A stretch of DNA of 64,000 nucleotides from an uncultured delta proteobacterium (lineage in GTDB: Bacteria; Desulfobacterota; Binatia; HRBIN30): contig CAVSQF010000039.1 in assembly GCA_963729835.1 (NCBI GenBank), positions 386,801 to 450,800 of the forward strand. Direction: 5' to 3'. This document shows, in pieces, positions 48,198 to 57,046 of this stretch. The translations under genes were made by a program, and so were the position numbers. The first letter of the stretch is position 1. The number at the start of each line of letters is the position of its first letter. A model generated the notes under the pieces. That model saw nothing but the letters and a program-made list of their open reading frames with translations. It did no database searches and was not told where the DNA came from.

Positions 48198-49375
48198 GCG
48201 AAGCAGTGGTAGGGGCAATTCGACCTCGAGGCAAACTCGTAACGCCATTCAACGTTGTGGCGGCGGCGATCCTGGCCGTGGGGATTCCAATTACCTTCAT
48301 CCGCTTCACCCAGGGGCTTGCCTCTGCCACGAACCTGTCAGACACGACCCCTTGGGGCTTCTGGATCGGGTTCGATGTGATGACTGGCGTCGCCTTGGCT
48401 GCTGGGGGCTATGTCACAGCGTCCGCCGTCTACCTCTTCGGGATGAAGAAATTCCACGGCGTCGTGCGTCCGGCTATCCTCACGGGCTTCCTCGGTTACT
48501 TCTTCGTGGTTGTTGGACTCTGCTACGACCTCGGGCGCCCCTGGCGGCTACCATATCCGATGGTTGTCTCCTTTGGCGTCACCTCGGTGCTCTTCTTGGT
48601 GGGCTGGCACGTCGCCCTCTACTTGACGACCCAGTTCGTCGAGTTCTCCCCCGCCATATTTGAGTGGCTCGGCTGGAAGGAGGTACGAAGGGTGGCCGGC
48701 ATGCTCACCGTGGGCGCAACCGTCTTCGGCGTGATCCTTTCGACGCTTCACCAGTCTGCCCTGGGCGCACTGTTTCTTCTCGCTCCGGCTAAGGTTCACC
48801 CCCTCTGGTACTCACCGTACATACCCATCTTCTTCTTCGTATCGAGCATCATCGCCGGGCTCTCGATGGTCATATTTGAGAGTTCCCTTTCACATAGGGT
48901 ATTCGCTGATCAGATCGACCCCGAACACGCGGGTGAACACGACGAGATTACACTCGGTCTCGCCAAAGGCGCGGCCGTTGTCCTCTACGGGTACTTCGCC
49001 TTCAAGGTCATCGGGATCGGCCACGGAAACGACTGGAATCTGCTCAATACTGGCTACGGCCACTGGTTCCTCGTCGAGATCCTCGGCTTCATTCTGCTGC
49101 CATGCATCCTTTTTACCACGGCCGTTAGGCAACAGAACGCCACTCTTGCTCGATGGACAGCGCTTTTGACCGTGGTCGGCATCGTCTTGAACCGTCTGAA
49201 CGTGTCGGTGATTGCCTTCAACTGGCAGCTTCCGGCCGAGGAGCGCTACTTCCCTAGTTGGATGGAAATCGCGGTCTCGGTCTTCATCGTTACGGTCGGC
49301 CTCCTGACGTTCAGGTGGATCGTCGAACGTATGCCCGTCTTGCGGGAACATCCGGATTTCAACGATGTTCACTGA
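48194..49375 (+). CDS. hmcC: HmcC-like NrfD/PsrC-family integral membrane quinone-interacting subunit
   Basis: About 10 TM helices. ATGA overlap with hmcB. Confidence 0.85.
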   Translation: MSEAVVGAIRPRGKLVTPFNVVAAAILAVGIPITFIRFTQGLASATNLSDTTPWGFWIGFDVMTGVALAAGGYVTASAVYLFGMKKFHGVVRPAILTGFLGYFFVVVGLCYDLGRPWRLPYPMVVSFGVTSVLFLVGWHVALYLTTQFVEFSPAIFEWLGWKEVRRVAGMLTVGATVFGVILSTLHQSALGALFLLAPAKVHPLWYSPYIPIFFFVSSIIAGLSMVIFESSLSHRVFADQIDPEHAGEHDEITLGLAKGAAVVLYGYFAFKVIGIGHGNDWNLLNTGYGHWFLVEILGFILLPCILFTTAVRQQNATLARWTALLTVVGIVLNRLNVSVIAFNWQLPAEERYFPSWMEIAVSVFIVTVGLLTFRWIVERMPVLREHPDFNDVH

Positions 49376-49389
49376 GTAGAGGAAGAGCT

Positions 49390-49509
49390 ATGGACACTCT
49401 CCACGAATTCATGAAGCACACCAAGAGCGTCGAGTACCTTCTGGCTATCGCTTTCCTTATCGGCTTCATCTTCTTCTGGCGCCTACTGGTCGCAAACGAG
49501 GATCGATAG
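49390..49509 (+). CDS. hmcD: HmcD-like small single-TM protein (39 aa)
   Basis: RBS gaggaagag precedes ATG. MDTLHEFMKHTKSVEYLLAIAFLIGFIFFWRLLVANEDR. Position matches hmcD in hmcABCD. Confidence 0.45.
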   Translation: MDTLHEFMKHTKSVEYLLAIAFLIGFIFFWRLLVANEDR

Positions 49510-49567
49510 CGCAGAAGGCTGAGCGAAGCGACGACGCCACGACCACCGCGGGGCGGAGTGGAACACC

Positions 49568-50665
49568 ATGATCCCACAGACAATCAAGGACTGGATCGAA
49601 ACACGTCTCTTCGACCGGGTGCCGATGAGCATCTGCGTGATCGATCGAGACTTCCGGATCTTGGATGCCAACCAGCGCTTCAACGAAGCCTATGGACCCA
49701 GCGAAGGGAGGTACTGCTACGCGCTGTACAAGGGCAGGAAAGAGCCCTGCGAGGAGTGCGCGGCGATCGAGTGCTTCGAAGACGGCCGAGTTCGGATCCG
49801 CGAGGCAGAGGGCTTCGTCCAAGGGAAGGAGATCAACTACTTGGTCCACATGGTCCCGATCGTCCGCGGCAGGAACGACATCCCGTATGTCGTCGAGATG
49901 TCGACGGACATCACGTCCGTAAAGCTCCTCGAAAAGGAGAAACGCGAGGCGGAGCGCCTTGCCGCCGTGGGTGAGACGGTCGCCGGCCTCGCCCACGGCC
50001 TCAAAAACGTCATCATGGCGCTCGAGGGTGGCCTGTACGCGTTCAACACGGGTCTCCAACGCGGGGATAACGACCGGATGGCCAAGGGCTGGCGGATATT
50101 GGAGGAGAATATCGAGCGCATCTCCAAGCTCGTGAAGGAGTTCCTGGACTTCGCCAAGGGACGACGGCAACAGGTGTCCCTCGTCGACCCCAATGATCCC
50201 GCCCGCAAGGTAGCGGAGGCCTTCAACGAGAAAGCCAGGCTGTCCGGTATTGAATTGAGGACCGATCTCCAGGATGGTATTTCTCCTGCCGCTCTGGACG
50301 AAGAGGGCATTCACACATGTCTGTCGAACCTGGTCTCCAACGCTCTCGACGCGTGCGCCGTGAGCGACCGGAACCGCAAGCACGTGGTAACCGTCACGTC
50401 GCGTGACAGAGGCGGCGTGCTGGAATACACCGTCTCGGACAATGGCAGCGGCATGGACTACGACATCAGCAGGAAGATATTCACCACCTTCTTCAGCACC
50501 AAAGGGTCGGACAAGGGAACCGGGCTGGGGCTTCTGACCACCAAGAAAATCGTCCAGGGGCATGGGGGACGGATCTCGTTCGAGTCCGAGATGGGAAAAG
50601 GGTCCGTTTTCCGCATCGAGCTTCCTCGGGACAGTCTGCCGAAACCTGTTGAAAAGGAGGCATGA
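49568..50665 (+). CDS. Cytoplasmic PAS-domain sensor histidine kinase (Cys-cluster PAS)
   Basis: PAS with CYALYKGRKEPCEECAAIEC. H-box AGLAHGLKNV. N/G boxes SNALDAC and DNGSGMD...GTGLGL. Confidence 0.85.
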   Translation: MIPQTIKDWIETRLFDRVPMSICVIDRDFRILDANQRFNEAYGPSEGRYCYALYKGRKEPCEECAAIECFEDGRVRIREAEGFVQGKEINYLVHMVPIVRGRNDIPYVVEMSTDITSVKLLEKEKREAERLAAVGETVAGLAHGLKNVIMALEGGLYAFNTGLQRGDNDRMAKGWRILEENIERISKLVKEFLDFAKGRRQQVSLVDPNDPARKVAEAFNEKARLSGIELRTDLQDGISPAALDEEGIHTCLSNLVSNALDACAVSDRNRKHVVTVTSRDRGGVLEYTVSDNGSGMDYDISRKIFTTFFSTKGSDKGTGLGLLTTKKIVQGHGGRISFESEMGKGSVFRIELPRDSLPKPVEKEA

Positions 50666-50668
50666 GTC

Positions 50669-51271
50669 ATGGAACGAGCCAAAAATAAGACCGTCCTCGT
50701 GGTCGACGACGAACCGAACGTAAGGGCCTACCTCGCCAACCTCCTCGAGGACGCCGGCTTCAATGTTCTGACCGCGGGAGACGGACACGAGGCCCTGTCG
50801 ATCATCAAGTCAACGAGGCCGGACTTCATCTCGCTCGACCTGGTCATGCCTCGAAAGAGCGGGCACAAGCTGCTCTTCGAGCTGCGAAAAGACAAGGACC
50901 TGGCACGCATCCCTGTGCTCATCGTCACCGCGCACGCCCAGGACGAGCTTGGACAGAGCGACCTGGAGGACATCATCCGGACCATGCCGGCGCCGGTCTC
51001 CACCATCCAGAAGGAAGAGGTCGAGCCTGGGACCACGGTCTACCTCGAAAAGCCGGTCAAGCGGCTCGATTACGTACGCTGCGTGCAGCGGATGCTGGGT
51101 ATCGACGAGGAAGGGGAAGAGGCCGACAAGATTGACCTCAGGGAGAAGCTGGAACAGCAGATACGGAGCGCGGACCCGGAGGCGTTGCGACGCGCTCTGA
51201 CGGCGCTTGGGAAGGGAAGCGCCCCTCCCGGCGAGGCGCCGGCCGGGAAGGGCAAAAAGGATACGCGCTGA
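50669..51271 (+). CDS. Response regulator (REC domain plus acidic/charged C-terminal extension)
   Basis: VLVVDDEPNVRAYL...DFISLDLVMP...K. Confidence 0.85.
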   Translation: MERAKNKTVLVVDDEPNVRAYLANLLEDAGFNVLTAGDGHEALSIIKSTRPDFISLDLVMPRKSGHKLLFELRKDKDLARIPVLIVTAHAQDELGQSDLEDIIRTMPAPVSTIQKEEVEPGTTVYLEKPVKRLDYVRCVQRMLGIDEEGEEADKIDLREKLEQQIRSADPEALRRALTALGKGSAPPGEAPAGKGKKDTR

Positions 51272-51305
51272 GACGCAACCGCAGTGGCACAGGAGGACGT
51301 AAGCG

Positions 51306-51716
51306 ATGACAGAAGCTAGACAAGCCAAAAAGATTCTCATTGTGGACGACGAACCGGCTGTCGTCACCTACCTGGAGATGCTGTTGCGTGATCACGGCTA
51401 TGAAACCATCTCGGCGGTCGACGGCAAGGAAGGCATGGAAAAGGTCAGGCAGGAGAAGCCGGATCTGATAACCCTCGACATCTCCATGCCGGAGGCCTCC
51501 GGCGCCCGCTTCTACAAGGAAATCAAGCATGATCCGCAGCTGGCCTCGATACCGATCGTCGTCGTCACGGCCATCACCGGTACCGATGGTGACCCTTACG
51601 CGTACAAGAAGTTCCTCGACAGTCGGCACACGGTGCCTCCACCCGAGGGTTTCATGCCCAAACCGATTGACCGAGAAGAGCTGATCAAGACAATCCGGAA
51701 GCTTCTGCCCCAGTGA
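51306..51716 (+). CDS. Single-domain response regulator (CheY-like)
   Basis: ILIVDDEPAVVTYL...DLITLDISMP...VVVVTA. Confidence 0.85.
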   Translation: MTEARQAKKILIVDDEPAVVTYLEMLLRDHGYETISAVDGKEGMEKVRQEKPDLITLDISMPEASGARFYKEIKHDPQLASIPIVVVTAITGTDGDPYAYKKFLDSRHTVPPPEGFMPKPIDREELIKTIRKLLPQ

Positions 51717-51821
51717 TGCGCCACACCACGTCGGTCCCGCGGGGCTGACGTAGGCGAGCGCTGGCGAGTTGCCTGGCGGAAGGTTGCCTTGTAGGAAGAG
51801 CGCGAAGGAAAGGAGACCGCA

Positions 51822-52196
51822 ATGGCTCGCATTGCCGTGTTGTATTGTAAGCGTATCAAAGACCATTCCTGCATTGCCTGCGCCAAGTGTTACAAGGGAA
51901 TGAGAGAGAAAAACGGCGAGTATGCCCAGCACGACGAGATCGATCTCGTGGCGATGACCGACTGCGGCGATTGTCCCGGTCTGGTCGTGCCGCGCGTGAA
52001 GCTGCTCTCCGAGGTCGCGAAAAATCTCGGCCGCGAAATCGATGTATTGCATTTAGGGACGTGCATGAAGGGAGCGATGCAAAACGCGCAGTGCCCGATC
52101 GATTTCGACGCACTGAAACCCACCTCGAGAAGAAATTCGGGTGTAAGGTCGTTCTCGGCACGCATTCCTATTGAACGCCGCAGCCGAGAGTCTTGA
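51822..52196 (+). CDS. CGGC-domain protein
   Basis: CIACAKC...TDCGDCPG...LGTCMKG pattern typical of PF08821. Confidence 0.55.
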   Translation: MARIAVLYCKRIKDHSCIACAKCYKGMREKNGEYAQHDEIDLVAMTDCGDCPGLVVPRVKLLSEVAKNLGREIDVLHLGTCMKGAMQNAQCPIDFDALKPTSRRNSGVRSFSARIPIERRSRES

Positions 52197-52214
52197 TGCG
52201 ATGCGAACATTTTC

Positions 52215-53174
52215 GTGCTCGGACTCAGCGGAGCGGTGCTCGTACTCGCAATCGAGTCGTCCGATGCCGCTCAGCGATCGTTCGCTCCGATTACGACTAC
52301 GAGCGCGTGCAGGGGCACGAATTGGGCTGCACGAGTTGCGGTGGCCTGGCTGGTCGCAGATTGGCCCCAGCAGGGTTTGGTGGACCGCTCGTGGGTGCTT
52401 GCTTGGAACACCCTGACGCTGGCCGGCATTTTTGCGGTGGTCGCGGTGACACTCGCAGCGCTCAAACGCAACGCGGAAAACCTTGAAGCCACGGTGACGC
52501 AGCGCACAACCAAGTTGCGCGAAGAAATTGAGGAACGTTGCCGGGCCGAGGAGTCACTCCGCCAAGCCAACGCGGAATTGCAGCGCACCCAGTTGCAGCT
52601 TATTGAGGCCGCGAAAATGGAGGTCATCGGTCGCATGGCCGCCGGGGTAGCCCACGAGGTCAAGAACCCGCTCATGACCCTGAGCATGGGAGCGGACTAT
52701 TTCCTCCATCGCGGTTCGGCCAACGCGGATGAAGCCACTTTGTTGCAGGACATGAAGGAGGCCGTCGAGGTTCAACCTCGAACCATAGGAGTAGCCATGC
52801 AGAAGAAACGCATTCTGGTCGTTGACGACGAAGCCGGCGTCACCCGCAGCATCAAGTTGAACCTCGAACATTTGGGCGCCTACGAAGTGTGCACCGAAAA
52901 CAACGCCCGGCAGGCCTTGAAGACGGCGCGCGAATTCAAGCCCGACCTGATCCTGCTTGACGTGATGATGCCGGAGATGGACGGTGACACGGTCGCGGCG
53001 CAACTGCGCGAAACCGCCGCGCTCAAGAACACCCCGATCGTCTTTCTCACTGCCGTCGTCTCGAACAAGGAAACCAAGGGCCAGGAGGCAGTCATCGGCG
53101 GGCAGAACTTCTTGGCCAAGCCGGTGGATCTGGCCGAGTTAACACGTTGCATCGAGGAGCATCTGCCGCGGTGA
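52215..53174 (+). CDS. Membrane-anchored HisKA-REC protein lacking an HATPase domain (possible phosphorelay component or degenerate hybrid kinase). A REC-only product could start at M 52797
   Basis: TM segment, coiled coil, H-box MAAGVAHEVKNPLMTLSM, then MQKKRILVVDDEAG...DLILLDVMMP. Confidence 0.5.
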   Translation: MLGLSGAVLVLAIESSDAAQRSFAPITTTSACRGTNWAARVAVAWLVADWPQQGLVDRSWVLAWNTLTLAGIFAVVAVTLAALKRNAENLEATVTQRTTKLREEIEERCRAEESLRQANAELQRTQLQLIEAAKMEVIGRMAAGVAHEVKNPLMTLSMGADYFLHRGSANADEATLLQDMKEAVEVQPRTIGVAMQKKRILVVDDEAGVTRSIKLNLEHLGAYEVCTENNARQALKTAREFKPDLILLDVMMPEMDGDTVAAQLRETAALKNTPIVFLTAVVSNKETKGQEAVIGGQNFLAKPVDLAELTRCIEEHLPR

Positions 53175-53249
53175 GCAACACGTGGGAATGCCAAATGGGG
53201 ACGATTGGGCGAGTTGAGTGAGCTTTAGCGTCCAGGTTCTGCGAATCAT

Positions 53250-54668
53250 TCACGACGACTGGCTCACTATTACACCGTTGGTGACACAAGGGTCTGAGCG
53301 GGGGACAACATTCGATACGACTCCCGTGAGCATCCGTGGTTCCGGCGGCAGCCACACGCGGAACGTACTTCCGGAGCCGGGGGTGCTTTCCACTCCAATG
53401 CGGCCACCGATGACATCCACGAGGTGCTTCACGAGGTAGAGGCCGAAACCGAAACCGCTGACGGGTAGACCATTGCTGCGTGCGAGCTGATGAAACGGGT
53501 CGAAGATCGCTTCCAACTGATCGGGCGCAATGCCGACTCCCGTGTCGGCCACGACGATCTCTGCGCTGCTCTCGTTCGCAGCTGCGCTCAAACGGATCTC
53601 GCCATCACGTGTGTACTTCACAGCGTTCGACAGCAAATTCCGGACGATCTCCCGGACCTTCCCCGCATCGCTGTCCACCATGAGCCCGTCGGGAACGTTC
53701 CAATGTAACACGATACCGCGCGCCCGCCCAAGGTCTGCCGTCGTTTCGCGCAAGGGATCGAGAACCTCGGACAACGAAAACGTTGTCCGCTGAAACGGCA
53801 GCTTCCCACTTTGCAACCGCACGAGATCAAGCACGCCATCGACAAGGTAGAGCAACTGCCGGCCTTCTCGACGGATGCTGTGCACCGCACAGCGCTGGTC
53901 CTCGGAAGGTAGCGGCAACGCCGCGAGGACCTCAGAGAAGCCGAGGATGACCGACAGCGGCGTGCGCATGTCGTGCGAGAGGCCACTCAGCATGACGGAC
54001 CGTGCCTTATGGGCGGCCTTTAAATCTTCGTTGGCCTTCTGCAAAGCCAATTGCTGCTCGAAGAGGCGACGACGATACCGGTCAACGAAGAATGCCCCGA
54101 GGCTGGAAAAGCCGGCGTTCGCAGCGATGGCCAGGTAATCGTAGGCTGGCACCGGAGGTGCTCCGCGCGGAACCGCCAGCCAGTAGGCCGCAATGATGCC
54201 GATGTTTTGCGCGGCCTGGAATCGCGCCCCCCACGGGATGAACACCGAGGAAACCAACATGAACGACAGGTAGGTAATGAACTCGTAGAGCGTATCGCCA
54301 GCGACGTGGGCGTTGTACAGGGCCTGCGCGAAGCAGATGGAGAGATTACCGCCCAAGGCGATCCACGCCACCCGCGGGTACGTCGTGGACCGGCGCATCG
54401 CGAGCCATGCTCCCGCCACTATGACCACCTGCACTGCGTACACCGTCAACAACGCATACCCCCGCGCGTGGTAGCCTCGCCACTCGATGATGGTGTTGGT
54501 CGCCGCCAGGAGCAGATAAAGCGTAAGCCAGATACGCCACCCACGAACCACAAGCTGGCCGGTTTCGCGGGCGAATCCCTCGCCGAGATTTGTGGGCGCT
54601 TGATCCTTCATGGCAGCGGGCACCCCTCTGGTGGCCGAATCAGGGCCGTACACACTCGGCCCCCGCAC
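53250..54668 (-). CDS. Multi-TM sensor histidine kinase
   Basis: Six TM helices. H-box LSGLSHDMRTPL. HATPase NLLSNAVKYT and DTGVGI...GFGLGL. Confidence 0.85.
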   Translation of the reverse strand: MRGPSVYGPDSATRGVPAAMKDQAPTNLGEGFARETGQLVVRGWRIWLTLYLLLAATNTIIEWRGYHARGYALLTVYAVQVVIVAGAWLAMRRSTTYPRVAWIALGGNLSICFAQALYNAHVAGDTLYEFITYLSFMLVSSVFIPWGARFQAAQNIGIIAAYWLAVPRGAPPVPAYDYLAIAANAGFSSLGAFFVDRYRRRLFEQQLALQKANEDLKAAHKARSVMLSGLSHDMRTPLSVILGFSEVLAALPLPSEDQRCAVHSIRREGRQLLYLVDGVLDLVRLQSGKLPFQRTTFSLSEVLDPLRETTADLGRARGIVLHWNVPDGLMVDSDAGKVREIVRNLLSNAVKYTRDGEIRLSAAANESSAEIVVADTGVGIAPDQLEAIFDPFHQLARSNGLPVSGFGFGLYLVKHLVDVIGGRIGVESTPGSGSTFRVWLPPEPRMLTGVVSNVVPRSDPCVTNGVIVSQSS

Positions 54669-54842
54669 TCATTGTGTTGGTACTGCTAAAGGTTGCCGTC
54701 CGAACTTTCACGCGAGCATGAAGCTCGCCACCACGATCACCAGACCGAGCGGAAAGACCAGAGTGGCGTATAGATTTCCACCCTCGCTGGGTCTTTGCCA
54801 GGGGCGTTGGAGATCGGAGCGAAATGTACGACATCAGGGCCG

Positions 54843-55250
54843 CTAGGAAGGACGCGCTGTCTCCGGCAACGATATCGGCTCCAAGGCCTGCTCCACCGTG
54901 TCCAAGAGCGTCTTGGGCAAGAACGGCTTCGAGACGAACGCGGTACACCCCAATCCAGCGGCGGTCTCGGCCACCAACTCCCACGTGTACGAAGTGACGG
55001 CTATTACCGGGATGTGGGCGGTGTCTGGATCGCAGCGAATCGCCTGGATGAACTCAAGGCCTGAGAACCTCGGCATGGCGATGTCCGTGATGATGAGGTC
55101 AAAACGCTGCTGCTTCACCTTCCACATCCCATCGTCACCACCGTAGCCAAGTACCACTCGATACCCGGCGCCACTCAACACACCACCAGTGATCTCCAGC
55201 TGGCCAGGCTCATCGTCCAGGACAAGAACGGTGTACCGGCTCGGGTTCAT
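54843..55250 (-). CDS. Single-domain response regulator
   Basis: VLVLDDEPGQL...DLIITDIAMP...VIAVTS...K. Confidence 0.85.
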   Translation of the reverse strand: MNPSRYTVLVLDDEPGQLEITGGVLSGAGYRVVLGYGGDDGMWKVKQQRFDLIITDIAMPRFSGLEFIQAIRCDPDTAHIPVIAVTSYTWELVAETAAGLGCTAFVSKPFLPKTLLDTVEQALEPISLPETARPS

Positions 55251-56262
55251 GCCGGTTCAGACGGAGAGCCAACTGAGAAATTCAGAGAAACAGGCTCATT
55301 TGGGCAAACTCCGAGCGCCAGCACGATCAATCCAGACGTCCACTTCATGGTCACCTCCATTTCGAGAAGTTTTTTCGTACCCGTTCGCCCGTATAACGAG
55401 TCAGCAATGCCGTTCGTTGACCGGGTCGCAGGGGTAGTGTCAACTTCGGTTGCGTACAGCGACCGAGGCGGGTTAACCGCTAAAGGCGACGCCTGGGTGC
55501 GCACACCGTTTTGCGAAGACCAATGGGCCCCCGTCAGTTCATCGCGACGGTCGAGGAGTTGGTAGACTGCGGCGCGCTCCTGAGCACTGTCACCACGAGT
55601 GGATCTTGACTGCTGGCGGATTGGTAGACTGATCAGCCCTTGGGGATTCCGGCAATCGCATCACGATCCAGCGTTGCCGACCAGATTCATCGCAGGTCGG
55701 GTACACGTCATTACCACTTGAACTCTGTCACGCCGTCGAGACAGGGAGCATCCGTCGCAGGGACGCCACCCGCGGGTTCCTCATCGTGCACGCAGTTTGC
55801 AGCGTCGTTTGTCGAATGAAAGCCAATGAACGACGTCGGCGATGCTCGTTCAGTCGACGGAAGGGTGCTCGATGAACAGAATACTCAATGGGATTGCTCA
55901 CATTTCATTTCTCGGCGGTGGGACCTTCTTGCCCGCGCGCACCCCCCGAGACCGGCGAGTGCTGGCCGAACACGTGGCCGACTGTCTGCGCACGAAAGGT
56001 CGAGTGCAGGTGCTCATTGATGAGCGCCGCTGGATCGCGCACCGGAACTCCGGTCCAGCTGCAGCACGGTGCATATGCTGCGACGCGGCGACGTATGCAG
56101 GATGTTGCTCCTACGCCGGTGACCGCAGGGCCTACTGTCTGCGGTGTGCATTCGGTGACCGCGTCGATCCAGCACCGTCGCTCCCCAAGGCCCGAGAATG
56201 CAACGCCGCATGAACTGACTCCTGGCCAACGGCCGCTGATCGCGCCGCTCGCGGTGGCAGTC

Positions 56263-56327
56263 ACTGTCAACCGACAGACACACTCGTCCGTTAGTACGGG
56301 CACGGAGATCAAAGGAGGATTCCATGA
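56263..56327 (+). promoter_or_regulatory. Conserved ECF-type promoter/RBS/ATG module, copy A (TCAACC-N16-CGTTA ... ACGGAG ... ATTCCATG), driving a 16-codon ORF
   Basis: About 50 of 60 nt are identical to 59033-59085. Confidence 0.5.
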
Positions 56328-56440
56328 GACGGCAGCCCGTTCTCTACGGCGAGCGGCGTCTCGAGCCTGGCTGACGCGACGATCCAGATCCGCGAGACAC
56401 AACGCACTATGCAGCACAGAAAGGAACAGGAGACATTGAC

Positions 56441-56938
56441 ATGATCAAGAAGCAAAGCTGGAAGTTACTTACTGCCGCGTTTCTTGCCGGCGCAACGATA
56501 CTGGCTGCCGGGCCCGCCTTTACGGGACAGGCCTGGGCGGGCCCCTTCTCCCGCGACGGTGGCGGGTTCGAGGGGCTCGGCCGGCTCGAAGGCAGTGGGT
56601 TCGGCATGATGCACTTCGGCCCGTTGGTGGAGCAGCTGCTCTTCCCCTGCCGCAATGACTGTGTCCAGGCGGAAGATGGCTGCCAGAACACCGCCGAGTC
56701 AGCTGCCCTGACCTGCGCCTCGAATGCCTGCGGGACAGACATCTCCAACGCCCAAACCGACTGCGCCGCCGGTCGGACCTCGCAGGCCTGCCTCACCGAC
56801 GTGAGCGCGCTGATCACCTGCGTCCGCACGTCCACCTGCGTGACGACCGAGTCGTCGGCACTCTCGACGTGTGCAAACAACTACAAGCTATGTGTTGCAG
56901 CCTGCAACCCGACACCCACGCCAACGCCGACACCGTGA
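56441..56938 (+). CDS. Secreted Cys-rich repeat protein with C-terminal TPTPTPTP tail
   Basis: Signal peptide LLTAAFLAGATILAAGPAFT. About 16 Cys arranged in C-x6-8-C-x3-4-C units. Confidence 0.6.
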   Translation: MIKKQSWKLLTAAFLAGATILAAGPAFTGQAWAGPFSRDGGGFEGLGRLEGSGFGMMHFGPLVEQLLFPCRNDCVQAEDGCQNTAESAALTCASNACGTDISNAQTDCAAGRTSQACLTDVSALITCVRTSTCVTTESSALSTCANNYKLCVAACNPTPTPTPTP

Positions 56939-56968
56939 GGGCTGCGCGCACATAACCCGCCGGACGGG

Positions 56969-56999
56969 CCGGGCAGCAGGAAGATGGCCTGCTGCCCGG
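56969..56999 (+). terminator. Rho-independent-type hairpin (12-bp GC-rich stem) downstream of the Cys-rich protein gene
   Basis: ccgggcagcagg-aagatgg-cctgctgcccgg. Confidence 0.6.
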
Positions 57000-57046
57000 C
57001 AACGGAAGCTTGCACCTCCGCACATCCGCGAACCCCAGGTCTGAAA

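Noticed and set aside
47148-48248. 366-aa minus-strand ORF
   Set aside because: It lies antisense to hmcB.
49466-50788. 440-aa minus-strand ORF
   Set aside because: It lies antisense to the PAS histidine kinase gene.
51281-51300. TGGCAC hexamer upstream of the response regulator at 51306, a possible sigma54 -24 element
   Set aside because: No TTGC -12 element at the required spacing. It sits 3 nt from an RBS-like aggag, which is too close to the start codon.
55888-56439. 183-aa plus-strand ORF in the 55.3-56.4 kb gap
   Set aside because: No RBS, no domains and Arg/Pro-rich composition. It overlaps the conserved promoter module, so it is more likely non-coding.
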